A stretch of 44,262 bases of DNA. Origin: Candidatus Bathyarchaeia archaeon (GTDB lineage Archaea > Thermoproteota > Bathyarchaeia > Bathyarchaeales > Bathycorpusculaceae). This document shows, piece by piece, positions 10,182-21,388 of the stretch (the first letter of the stretch is position 1; each line of letters starts with the position of its first letter). Location: positions 1-44,262 of the forward strand of contig JAVZNE010000011.1 of NCBI GenBank assembly GCA_038882975.1, written 5' to 3'. The translations under genes were made by a program, and so were the position numbers. Below the pieces are notes generated by a model. That model was given only the letters and a program-made list of their open reading frames with translations, did not search any database and had not been told where the DNA came from.

Positions 10182-10222
10182 AATAAACTTATAAACCTAA
10201 CGTGGCAAATACCAAAAACAAA

Positions 10223-10561
10223 ATGCAAAACAAGACAAAACACAAACCATCCTTCAAAATATGGCTGGAACATCATGGAAAACCACTAATAGGCAAGGGC
10301 GGAGCCCAAATCCTAGAACAAATAGAAAAGGAGCATTCCATATCAAAGGCTGCGAAAGGGCTTGGCATGTCTTATCGCTATGTCTGGAGCTACATAAAGA
10401 GAGTTGAGAAAACGTTAGACAAGCCGATAGTGGAAACTTATAGGGGAGGCAAAAAGGGCGGTGGTGGTGCAAGACTCACAAGTTTTGGAAAAGAGCTTTT
10501 GGAAGAGTATAAGCATGTGGAAAGCCTCTTGAACAAAGTTCTGGCCATCAAAAATCGTTGA
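10223..10561 (+). CDS. modE: ModE-family winged-helix regulator (DNA-binding domain only)
   Basis: KIWLE..G..LIGKG, SISKAAKGLGMSYRYVW, RGGKKGGGARLT; no molybdate-binding domain. Confidence 0.88.
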   Translation: MQNKTKHKPSFKIWLEHHGKPLIGKGGAQILEQIEKEHSISKAAKGLGMSYRYVWSYIKRVEKTLDKPIVETYRGGKKGGGGARLTSFGKELLEEYKHVESLLNKVLAIKNR

Positions 10562-10647
10562 AGAGACCGCTTTTGCAGTGGCGAGTTCTAAAGTTTAGTT
10601 TTAAATAGTGAGCGTATCAAATAGTTTTACCGCATAGGTGAGATTAG

Positions 10648-13600
10648 ATGTATGAGAAAATGTGGAAAAACCTTGCAGTGATAACATTTGTTATGATGCT
10701 ACTTCTGCCAAATATTGTTGCTGCCGAAGCCTTTAACAATGTCCCCTTAGAAATGAGTGAAAATGCAAAGACTATCGCTGATTCGGCAAATTCTCCAATT
10801 CTTTCCAATGGAAACTTTAATTCAAATCCTAAACACTTTGCGAAAAGTGACTCGTTTCCCTCTACATTTAACGGTTTGTGGTGGTTTGATAACCGCTTTA
10901 CACAGAACACTTTTGGAGACATGAGTGCAGGCTTTGGCGGATTTGCCAACTACAAAGACTATATCGTTTCAGACGGAGATTCCGTGCAGTTGATAATTGG
11001 TGTGGATTATACAAAGGTTTGGGCTTACGATAATGTTGCTAACGCAGTCGCCAACACTCAAGGAAAAATCGTAAACACCGTCTCTCTAAAAGGCAAGGTC
11101 ATAGCCGCGGTTGCCGATGTTCCAATGAATGCTGTTTCCTCGTTTATTGAGCAGATGAGCAAGAACCCCTTCGTGCGTTATATAGAACCAAACATGAAAC
11201 GCCAAGCACTATTTGAACCGAATGACCCCTATTGGGGCTTACAGTGGGGGCCAAAGAAGATAGAGGCAAACTTTGCTTGGAACACAACGTTAGGCTCCTC
11301 TGACATTATTGTAGCGGTTGTTGACAGCGGCATCGACTACAACCATCCAGACCTAGCTGCAAACTACATTATTGGGGGTTATGACTGGGTTAACAATGAT
11401 GACGACCCGAAAGATGATTTTGGTCACGGAACCCATTGCGCTGGCATAATTGCAGCTGTCATAAACAATGGTGTTGGAATAGCTGGCTTAGCCCAAGTTA
11501 AGATTATGGCGGAAAAAGTTTTAGATGAATTGGGCTCTGGATACGACGATTGGGTTGCCAATGGAATAATACATGCAGTTAACCATGGGGCTAAAATAAT
11601 TAGCATGAGTTTGGGGGGCTACGGCTACAGCAGGCTTTTACACGAAGCCGTTAAATATGCATATGAAAATGGCGTTTTGCTAGTTGCCGCCGCCGGAAAC
11701 GACAACATTAACCTTAAGTCATATCCAGCGGCTTACGAAGAAGTTATAGCCGTAGCAGCCACGAATCAAAGCGACTTAAAGGCTTATTTCTCCAATTGGG
11801 GAGACTGGATTGAGCTGGCCGCTCCGGGAGTAGACATTTACTCAACCATGCCAACATACTATGTAACCCTAAACGACTATGGCTATCTCATGAATTACGA
11901 CTATATGAGCGGCACTTCCATGGCTTGTCCCCATGTTGCTGGCGTTGCAGCTCTCATTTGGAGCATTTATTCTGAGGCAACAAGTAACTGGGTTAGAATC
12001 CAGTTAAGGTATACAGCAAAAGATTTGGGAGACCCTGGCTTCGACGAATATTATGGTTATGGAAGGGTTGACGCAAAAAAGGCTATGGAACAAAAGCCGC
12101 CAGATCATGACATGCTAATTTTTGACATAGACAGACTACAATGCATCAAGCTTGGAGAATCTGCAACCTTTAATGTGACCGTGTTAAATTTCGGAGCAAG
12201 CAACGAATATAACATAGAAGTAAGGCTGCTTGTAAACGACACTCAAGTCGACTCAGAGACGATAGTTTCTATACAAATGTACAAATCAGCCACCGTGAGC
12301 CTGTCATGGACACCATCCGAAACTGGTTTACATAATGTCACATACTACGTGGTTCCAGTTCCAGATGAGACAGCGATTGAAAATAACCAGATAATGGAAC
12401 TGCTGAATGTTGTACTTCCACCATCAGAGACCAAATGGATACTTCTAGAAGAGGATCCCGATGAAGGTTATGGATGCAACCTAAAAGCTACATACGGTCA
12501 AACATCTTCAAGCATTATGTACTTCAAAGTTGAGTATCATAGGAATTGGACAACCATCGAAGAAATAAACACAGGCATCCTTATAGATGCAGATCAAAAC
12601 CCCGCTACGGGTTTGCCCGACGGAACCTATCCATTTCAGGACACCGGCATAGGCGCTGACTACTTGATTATTGTTGGTTGGGAAGCAACTGAAATGTGGA
12701 AATGGAACTCGAGTATTGGATTTTGGGACATATATAACCCTATTCCTCTGGCTTATCTTGAACTCCAGAAAATTCCAACTGGTTCATAGTGGGAATATTT
12801 CTCTCAAACATAGAAACAAGCGGTTTAATCGACTGTGCTGTTGCTGATACTATGTCGTACTGGGATTGGATGCCCAACCATGGACACTTTACATGGCTTG
12901 TAACCCAATATGAGCATGAGCTAGCTGTTTTGCTAAATGCTCCACAATATCTTCTACCAGGCGAACACTCCATAATAAATGCGACAGTTTACAACAATGG
13001 ACTAAACAATGAAACAAATGTGAAAATTCAGTTGATTATAAATGGAAGCATTGTTGCAAATGAAACATTGCCTGAACTCACTAACGGCACATACTATGCG
13101 ATAAGTTATCCATGGGCGCCCATTGAGGAAGGAATCTACAACGTTACTGCTTATGCACCACCCGTGCCCGAGGAAAACTTCACCCTGAACAACGTAAGAA
13201 CAAGATTTGTTAGTGTGTACTACCCATTAATCAACCCCAAGCCAGGACAATACGCCAACTACACTATGAGCTATTATGATTCTTCTGGAGTCTTCATAGG
13301 ACAAGGATATTTGAACCTTACATACCAGTACTACATTGAACCCTACAAGATTTATATCACCGCTTGGCTGAAGGACCCTACAGGCTACACTAGCACGGGG
13401 TATATGATAGTTAACACGGTGACACGGTTCGTGGAAGAAGGCATATGGTACAGCCTCTGGTATCCGGGATGGATTGAAACAGACATAGATATAGGCTCCA
13501 CAATAAACCTTCTCGATAGCACCGCAACGGTTAGTGGCGCTAAAATATTGGCTGTTGGTCCAAGGGCTATAGACTGTTGGGAAATACCCTACACCATGTA

Positions 13601-16600
13601 TGATTATCCATACACATTCTGGTATGACAAGGCTTCTGGACTTTGGATTGGAATGAACAGCACAAACCCCCGTACGGGAGAATACATTGAACTATTTTTA
13701 ATCGACACAAATGTACCCATAGGCGTTCAATACGAGCATGATTTAGGCGTAACTTTAGAAGCGCCGCTTCGTCTCCAGCCAGGCGAGTCCTCAGTGCTGA
13801 ATGCAACTGTATATAATTTGGGCTTACACAACGAAACAAATGTACAGATTCAGATTCTTATAAACGGAACTGTTGTTGAAAGCGAAATTATAACAGAACT
13901 TGTGAACGGCACATCTTTCACTTTGCATTATCCTTGGACACCGACGGCGGAGGGAGTCTACAACATAACCGCATATGCGCTGCCAGTTTCAGGCGAGGAC
14001 GTTATAATAAACAATGTAGCAAGCGTTATGGTGCGGGTTCGCTTTGTACAAGTTGCTCTAATATCCTCCTATTCAGAATTGTTGGCGATAACGGCATTTT
14101 TGGATTCTATGGGAATTGGCTATGACATATACAACGACAATAACTATTACCTTTACACAAAGAACTTGGACCTGCTCCTCAAATACAAGGCGGTTATATT
14201 CTATAATCGCTACAGATTGATAACTCCAGACGAATATTTAGCACTTGAATCCTACTTATCCTCTGGCGGAAACCTTCTTGTCACAGGATGCGATTGCCTA
14301 ATAAGCGATACGCTTTTAGCAAGTCTCGTTCGTTCATCATCGACGGGAGATAATGTAGGCGAACCAGATCTAATAGTTGTTAACGAGGCTCATCCAATAA
14401 TGAATGGACCCTATGGAAGTTTTTCACAAGGATACCACGTATACGGCTTATACTATGATTGCGATATGGCGGAGGCTGACACGACACGCGGAGCCGCAAC
14501 GGTGGCTGAACTCTTGGATGGATACGACAAAATAATAGCGACTGAAGGGCTTCCTGGAAAGGTGGTTTTCTGGAATGGCGATGGAACATATGACTGGATG
14601 TATAACAGCGACTGTCAAGTCATGTTAAAAAACATGATACACTGGTTCCTTATTCGCTATCAGCACGAGCTTACTGTCTCCTTACAAGCTCCTAAATATC
14701 TTGAACCCGGCGATTCTGCTGTGCTTAATGCTACCGTGCGAAACGAGGGATTAAATGATGAGGCAAATGTGGAACTTCAACTTCTAATTAACGGAACAAT
14801 AGTTAAAAGTGAACTAATATCATTCCTCCAAAACGGAACAACCTACACGCTCAGTTATCCGTGGACGCCAACAATTGCCGGAAAATATAACATTACGGTT
14901 TACGCTCCACCAGTTCCAAACGAAAACATAACAAGTAACAACATTTGCTCAAAAATAGTTCCAGTACAGTACGCGCCGAAAATCCTTGCTTACGTGCAAT
15001 ACACGGATTACTACTATGACTACCAAAATACCCTAAAAGCTATAGAGTCGGCCTTTGGACCAAACTACGAAATAACGGAACTTTGGGATTACACCCAACT
15101 GAGTTTGAAGCTTCCTGGAAAAGACATTCTGCTGATCCCAGATCAAGAATATGCAAGCCTCTACATTATGCAGACAATTGGTTCCTCATGGTCTGAAACT
15201 TTAAGCGAATTCCTTGAAAATGGAGGGATTATAATCTTATGCGATGGCTTCTGGGGCTATGGCGGAACTTACGGCATCCTCACCGGCGCTGGGCTCATGT
15301 CGATTTTAAGCACCAATTACCGAAGCTATTATACACTTTATGTAGTGGATCCAAGCGATCCTTTGGCTGAGGGTGTTTCCCAAACCTTCTTAGGTCCCTA
15401 TTACACGGTGAGCTTTGTAACCCGGGAGACAAAGGTTGTTGTTGATGATGGTGTCTATCCGGTGATGATTCGCAAAGAGGTGGGTAGAGGACAAATAATG
15501 CTTCTTGGATTCGATTTTGAAACCTCCAACAAGGATACGGAGAGATTATTAGGCAATGCTGTTGCCCTAACCACATACATTACAATATCCTTAAATCCAT
15601 CAGCTGGCTCTCCTGGAACCAAAGTGAAGGTGACGGGAACAAGGGCAACTGCAAACGGCAACGTTTCAATTTATTGGGATAGAACCTTTATGGCAAACAC
15701 TACAGCCAATAATGTAGGCGACTTTTCCTATGTTTTAATAGTTCCAGAAGACGCTGCAGCTGGGGTTCATGAAATAATGGCTGTGGACACGGCGACTGGC
15801 AGGATGGCTTCAGCTCCATTCAGAGTTGTTATAATTACCTTAAATCCATCCGAAGGACCTGTGGGAACAAAAGTAACAGTAAGAGGTTTGGGCTTCACAC
15901 CAGAAACTCAAGCAAGAATAACCTACAACGACATGCTAATTGGATACGCCTTAGTCGAAAACACCGGAATCTTTAACTTCACCTTTAACATACCCCTTTC
16001 CACAGCGGAAACCCAGCTAATTAAGGCATATGACATCGAAGGCTATGCAAGCGCAACGTTCACCGTCATAGAAATAACACAGCTGGATGTCCAAGTGGAC
16101 GTTGGCACAATACACTTTAGAGGGGAACTGGTTGAGTTTTATGTCCAAACAGCCCTCAAAGGACACGCGATAAACGCTACCAGCATAGGCGCAAAATTGT
16201 ATGGTCCAAATGGTGAAATAGTCTATTACCAGTATCCAACTAACATAACGGCAATCGCAACTGGCTTCTATAAAATAGTCTATACGATTCCTGCAGACGC
16301 TGACGTTGGAACCTATGCCTTAGTGGTTAACGCCGACTACATTAACGGTACTGTTCAAGCTTTTGGGACATCCTTCAAAAGCTTCATGATAAGCCAGACC
16401 TTGACAACAATGAATGCCCGCATAACAGAAATTAGAAACGGAATAGCTACGATTATAATACCTGACCTGGGGCTTATCAAGCTTAACTTAACGGCTATTA
16501 ACGTGACTCTTGACAAAATCTTCATCAAAGTCGTGGCGATAAACGGCACAGTGGCGACCATCCAAACAACGTTGGGTACAATGAACGGAACAATCACAGA

Positions 16601-16802
16601 AATTAGAGGCAACATGGCTACGATTGTTGTTCCTGGGCTTGGACAGATTCAGACAGATGTTTCAAGCCTGATAGGGACTCAAGAGACTTGGACGATACCG
16701 CAGTATTTGGTTATGGTGTTTTCGATCGTCGCCGCTATCGGTGCTGTTTTATCGGCTACCCTATTGTTAAGGCAGAGAAAGTTCGTCAAAACGCAGGCTT
16801 GA
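10648..16802 (+). pseudogene. Large membrane-anchored S8 subtilisin-like protease with CARDB and IPT/Ig domains, split by a 1-nt frameshift near 12766 (ORFs 10648-12789 and 12789-16802)
   Basis: Triad VVDSG, HGTHCAG, GTSMACP; repeated CARDB-like units (EHELAVxLxAP...NATVxNxG); C-terminal TM + RQRK. Adding one base at GAACTCCAGAAAAT joins the frames as LELPENSNWFIVGIFLSN. Confidence 0.8.
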
Positions 16803-16835
16803 GTGGTTCACCTTTCTCTCTTTTTCTTTGCATTT

Positions 16836-17387
16836 TTATTCTACTACGTATCTGTAGGCTACGTGTTCGCCTGCTGTGGGGCTTTTTCGTATTATTCGCA
16901 GAATATCGCCTGGTTTTGCTCCTATGGCTTTTGCTGCTGGGTCTGAAGCTTTTATTTGGGGTAGCTGGTATGGCTTAACTCTGTATTGGGCTAGGACTTT
17001 TTCGCGTTCTTCCGGCGTTAAAATTTCATGTTTTGGCACAAGCTTATGTTCGAAGATGTCGAAGACTGGGAAGGTTTTCGGTAGAAGCTCTATGTGTTTT
17101 TTCTTTGCTGTTTGTTTTGCGGCGTTGGTGTAGCGTCCGCTTGCTATTAGGATTCCGTGTTCTATTTCGGCTTCTTTCATGGCTTTTGCCATGCGGTTTA
17201 CGGTTAGTATGCCAACGGTTTCTTCTGGAACACACCAGATTAGGATTTTCTTTTTCTCCTCTTTGGGAGCTTCAACGATGTAGCTTGCTACTTCTTTAAC
17301 TTTTTCCTTCTTAACGAGTTTGTAGCCCCTAAGCTTGATTAGAATTTTCGCTTTACGTTCTTCTAGGGTTTCCTCTTCAACACTCAA
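16836..17387 (-). CDS. rpoH: RNA polymerase subunit Rpo5/RpoH with an extra N-terminal Rpb5-like domain
   Basis: C-terminal [10 protein letters not shown]...[10 protein letters not shown]...[20 protein letters not shown], preceded by about 105 extra residues. Confidence 0.93.
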   Translation of the reverse strand: MSVEEETLEERKAKILIKLRGYKLVKKEKVKEVASYIVEAPKEEKKKILIWCVPEETVGILTVNRMAKAMKEAEIEHGILIASGRYTNAAKQTAKKKHIELLPKTFPVFDIFEHKLVPKHEILTPEEREKVLAQYRVKPYQLPQIKASDPAAKAIGAKPGDILRIIRKSPTAGEHVAYRYVVE

Positions 17388-17523
17388 ACCATTAAACCTC
17401 ATGTGTCTGAATCTGGCATTCGAATCCTACATGGCATTAGACCTTTAAACTTTGCGCTTGCCAAAGCTTAAAACCGAGCCTCGCATATTTAATTGTTCTA
17501 GGCTGGATGAGAGGTGTCGGGAG

Positions 17524-18972
17524 ATGACTGTTGATTTTGGAAGGTTAGCCCTTGAAGAAGCTAGCAAGCAAGGCGCATCCTACGCCGACATTAGAATCAG
17601 CGAAATCCTAAATGAAAACTTGACGGTTAAGAACGGCGAGCCGGAAACCATAGCCTATTCGCAGATGCGCGGTTTCGGTGCAAGAGTCATCGTTGACGGT
17701 GCTTGGGGTTTTGCCGGTTCAGTGGACGTAACCAAAGATGAGATTAGGCGTTGTGTTGAGAAGGCTGTTAGCATAGCAAAAGCCAGTGCCATGCTCAAGA
17801 AGAGGGACGTAACCCTTGTAAAGGAGAAGGTTTACCGCGAGAAGTATGCTACAAGCTTCAAGAAGGACCCCTTCAAAGTGCCGTTAGAGGAAAAGCTGAA
17901 GGTTCTTGTTGAGGCTAGCCGCTTCTTGAAGGATTTTTCGCCGCTGGTGAATGTTTCCTACGCCCATTATCGGGGTTACCGTGAAAACAAGCTTTTCATG
18001 AGCAGTGAAGGCGCAGAAATAAGCCAGCAAATAACATGGTGTGGCGGCGGAATATCAGCCATAGCTGTTAAAGGATCAGAAGTCCAAGTGAGGTCTTATC
18101 CGTCTGCCTTCCGCGGCGACTTTGCCACCAGCGGCTACGAGTTTTTCGAGTCTTTAACCTTAATGGACCATGCAAAAACTGTTGGGGAGGAGCTTATCCA
18201 ACTTTTTGAGGCTGAGATGTGCCCTTCTGGTGAGATGGACTTGATTTTGTGCGGAGACCAGTTGGCTTTGCAGATTCACGAGAGTTGTGGACACCCCACA
18301 GAGCTTGACCGTGTATTGGGAACAGAGGCGGATTATGCTGGGACAAGCTTTCTAACGCCTGAAAAGCTTGGAAGATTCCGTTATGGCTCTGAAAAGGTGA
18401 ATATTGTTGCTGACGCCACTGTGCCGCTGGGGCTTGGAACCTTCGGCTTCGACGATGAGGGAACAAAAGCCAAAAAGGTTTACCTTATAAGAAGGGGAAT
18501 TTTCGTCGGCTATCAGAGTTCGCGGGAGACGGCTGCCCAGCTTGGGCTTAAGGAGAGCAGCGGAGGCATGAGGGCTGACTCGCCCTTTGCTTTGCCCCTA
18601 ATAAGGATGACCAACATTAATTTGCTTCCAGGCGACTACAAGGCTGAAGAGATAATTGAGGATACTCGCAGGGGCGTTTTGATGATGACCAATCGCTCGT
18701 GGAGCATAGATGATAAGCGAATAAACTTCCAGTTCGGCACGGAAATAGGCTGGCTGATAAAGAATGGCAGCCGTGAGAAGATGGTTAAGAACCCGACTTA
18801 TATGGGTGTGACGCCCCAGTTTTGGCGTTCATGCGACGCTGTAAGCAAAGACGACTGGAAGATGTGGGGTACGCCAAACTGTGGCAAGGGCGTGCCTGGA
18901 CAAGTCATGTATGTTGGGCATGGATGCGGCACTGCCCGCTTCAGAAAAGTCCGTGTTGGATTAATAAGGTGA
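17524..18972 (+). CDS. tldD: TldD metalloprotease subunit
   Basis: YADIR, GFGARVIVDGAWGFA, HESCGHPTELD (HExxGH), FDDEG, RMTN, CGKG. Confidence 0.92.
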   Translation: MTVDFGRLALEEASKQGASYADIRISEILNENLTVKNGEPETIAYSQMRGFGARVIVDGAWGFAGSVDVTKDEIRRCVEKAVSIAKASAMLKKRDVTLVKEKVYREKYATSFKKDPFKVPLEEKLKVLVEASRFLKDFSPLVNVSYAHYRGYRENKLFMSSEGAEISQQITWCGGGISAIAVKGSEVQVRSYPSAFRGDFATSGYEFFESLTLMDHAKTVGEELIQLFEAEMCPSGEMDLILCGDQLALQIHESCGHPTELDRVLGTEADYAGTSFLTPEKLGRFRYGSEKVNIVADATVPLGLGTFGFDDEGTKAKKVYLIRRGIFVGYQSSRETAAQLGLKESSGGMRADSPFALPLIRMTNINLLPGDYKAEEIIEDTRRGVLMMTNRSWSIDDKRINFQFGTEIGWLIKNGSREKMVKNPTYMGVTPQFWRSCDAVSKDDWKMWGTPNCGKGVPGQVMYVGHGCGTARFRKVRVGLIR

Positions 18973-18988
18973 GAGGCGGGGATGGCGG

Positions 18989-20362
18989 GTGGATGTTGAA
19001 AGGTTGAGGGAAATAGCCGAAAAAACCGTTGAGTACGCCATGAAACAGAAGGTTAGCCAAGCCCAAGCCGTGGCGTTTATGGTTGACAACTCTTTAACGC
19101 GTTTTGCAAACTCTCAGATTCACCAGAACCTATCCCAAAAGATGGGCGGGGTATCCGTCAAGGTTGTTTTAGACCAGCGGATAAGCACTATTCAAGCTAA
19201 CACGTTTGAGGAGAGGGGCATAAAAGAGGCTGTAGAGCAAGCCGTCAAAATTGCAAAGGCTTCATCGCCTAACAAGGAGTTTAAGAGCCTTCCAGAACCA
19301 GAAGCCTGGAAACCTGTTAAGGGCGCCTTTGACAGGGCTACGGCTGAGTGCACGCCGAAGTTTAGGGCTGAAAGGGTTAGGGAAGCCATAAACAAAGCCC
19401 ATGCCAAGTCGCCTAAAGTGGCTGCCGTCGCCGGATACCTTTCAACTGGTTCGATGGGCTATGCTGTTGTCAACTCTCTGGGGGTTTCAGCATGGGCTCA
19501 GCTTTCATTGGCTTACATGAAAACAACAGTTATATCAAGAGATGGGGAATCCGAAGGCTTCGGGGCAGCCCAACAATATTCCAGAAGGGTTAAAGACATC
19601 CAGCCAACAGCCTTGGCTGAAGACGCTGCAGACAAATCTGTGCGGAGCCTACATCCGGTGAAGGTTGAGCCCGGCGAGTATGAGGTTGTTTTGTCGCCTT
19701 TGGCTGTGGCTGTTCTTTTGGACTATATGGGTTATGTTGGTTTTTCAGCCAAAGCTTACCAGGATGGAGAGTCCTTTGTAAAATACGTGGCAAACCAGCA
19801 GGTCTTCGACGGCAAGCTGAACGTTGTTGACGATGCTAGAAACCCGAAAACGTTGTATGCTGTGCCAGTAGACGGCGAAGGAGTTCCAAAGAAACCCCTA
19901 GAACTTGTAACCAACGGCGTGGTTTCTGAGAAGAGCATTTGCTACAACTCTTTCACGGCGGGCAGAGAGGGCAAGAAAAGCACTGGGCATGCACTTCCTC
20001 CACTGGGCGACTATTATGGCGAGATGCCCCTACCCTATAACATGATAATGAAGCCCGGAGACGCCACACTAGAAGAAGCGATTGCGGAAACAAAGCACGG
20101 CATATTCGTAACAACATTCCACTACGTAAACCCTGTTGAGCCCACAAAACTCGTATTGACCGGGCTGACTCGAGATGGAACCTTCCTAATAGAAAATGGC
20201 GAGATAACAAAGCCCATCGTTAACTTGCGCTTCACAGACAGCATGCTCTCAGCCTTAAAGGAAATTCCAATGATTGGAAAAGAGCTTGTAACCCTCGAAA
20301 CCTCAACGGTGCCAATGGTTAAGCTGAAAAAACTGCGCTTCGTAGGCATATCAGCCTACTAG
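18989..20362 (+). CDS. tldE: TldE/PmbA non-catalytic subunit
   Basis: TRFANSQIHQN, PGEYEVVLSP, DGEG, TGLTRDG; lacks HExxH; follows tldD. Confidence 0.88.
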   Translation: MDVERLREIAEKTVEYAMKQKVSQAQAVAFMVDNSLTRFANSQIHQNLSQKMGGVSVKVVLDQRISTIQANTFEERGIKEAVEQAVKIAKASSPNKEFKSLPEPEAWKPVKGAFDRATAECTPKFRAERVREAINKAHAKSPKVAAVAGYLSTGSMGYAVVNSLGVSAWAQLSLAYMKTTVISRDGESEGFGAAQQYSRRVKDIQPTALAEDAADKSVRSLHPVKVEPGEYEVVLSPLAVAVLLDYMGYVGFSAKAYQDGESFVKYVANQQVFDGKLNVVDDARNPKTLYAVPVDGEGVPKKPLELVTNGVVSEKSICYNSFTAGREGKKSTGHALPPLGDYYGEMPLPYNMIMKPGDATLEEAIAETKHGIFVTTFHYVNPVEPTKLVLTGLTRDGTFLIENGEITKPIVNLRFTDSMLSALKEIPMIGKELVTLETSTVPMVKLKKLRFVGISAY

Positions 20363-20395
20363 CTTTTTCTGCTTTTCTTTATTAAATGAAGAATA

Positions 20396-20680
20396 CTATG
20401 AATCTTGGATGCTTTCTTGTGGTGTAAGTTGCTTTATCGTACCGTTAGGAAAATCAACGATTGCGGAAGCGTATGCTGATATGTGTAAAGAAAATTGAGG
20501 AGACGTGTATGCTTCAGTGAGTGTAGGCAGTTCTATTTCACGTATCCTTTGTATCAAAACTATCCTTTCTCCAGTTAAAGATTGTATGAGCGTTAGTATT
20601 GTGATAATAAGAGATATGAGGTCAATCGTTGCTTTATGTTTCTTATATTTCTTGAGGATATTCTTCCAAATTGCTTTCAT
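20396..20680 (-). CDS. Small hypothetical membrane protein
   Basis: 94 aa, basic N-terminus followed by one hydrophobic helix; GGAG upstream; AT-richer than its neighbours. Confidence 0.5.
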   Translation of the reverse strand: MKAIWKNILKKYKKHKATIDLISLIITILTLIQSLTGERIVLIQRIREIELPTLTEAYTSPQFSLHISAYASAIVDFPNGTIKQLTPQESIQDS

Positions 20681-20703
20681 TACGCTTCCAGCTCCTTGTT
20701 AGC

Positions 20704-21381
20704 TTAAAAGCGTGTTATGACTGTGCGTACGTATTTCTGCAAGATTTCTGCGTATTTTCCTAAAATTTCCGGTGAGTATGGTTTTAGGTTTTTGTATTCT
20801 TCGCTTAGGGTGTCGCCGGGAATAAATTGTTGTAGTGCATAGGTTTTTGCGCCTTTCGCGGTTTCACCCATGCGGATTACGTCTGCTTCTTCCACAATTT
20901 TTGGCACCACGGTGGTTCTGAACTCGTATTCTATTTTGCCGCTTTTTAGCATCTCAACAGTTTTTAGGAGCGCCGCCGTGTCCTTTGCCCCTAGAAGGTG
21001 GTATTTTTCCGGCGAAGTTTTAATGTCCAAAGCCACGTAATCCACGTAGGGGAGGCACTGCTCCAAAACTGTTGGGTTTAAGCCGTTAGTGTCAAGTTTT
21101 ACGGCTAAGCCTCGCTCTTTCAGCTTTTTTAGGAAGCGGGGCAGCTCCTTATGTATGGTTGGCTCCCCACCGGTGACGACGACGGCGTCCACATATTTTC
21201 TGCGTTCATCCAGTATTTGTAGGGCTGTCTCCTCATTTAAGAATGGGGGTTTTGGGTCGACAACTATCCGCCAGTTATAACAGTAGGGACAGCGCATGTT
21301 ACAGCCAGGCGTAAAAAGCACAGAGGCTATTTTTTCCGGGTAGTCTATTAGGCTTGTTTTTTGTATGCCGCTGAACTTCAT
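20704..21381 (-). CDS. nrdG: Anaerobic ribonucleotide reductase activating radical-SAM protein
   Basis: SLIDYP, GCNMRCPYCYN (CxxxCxxC), TGGEPT, KLDTNG; follows nrdD. Confidence 0.92.
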   Translation of the reverse strand: MKFSGIQKTSLIDYPEKIASVLFTPGCNMRCPYCYNWRIVVDPKPPFLNEETALQILDERRKYVDAVVVTGGEPTIHKELPRFLKKLKERGLAVKLDTNGLNPTVLEQCLPYVDYVALDIKTSPEKYHLLGAKDTAALLKTVEMLKSGKIEYEFRTTVVPKIVEEADVIRMGETAKGAKTYALQQFIPGDTLSEEYKNLKPYSPEILGKYAEILQKYVRTVITRF

Positions 21382-21388
21382 GGGCGGA

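Noticed and set aside
12755-12800. Programmed -1 ribosomal frameshift in the S8 protease
   Set aside because: No canonical X XXY YYZ slippery heptamer or clear downstream structure; a simple indel explains it.
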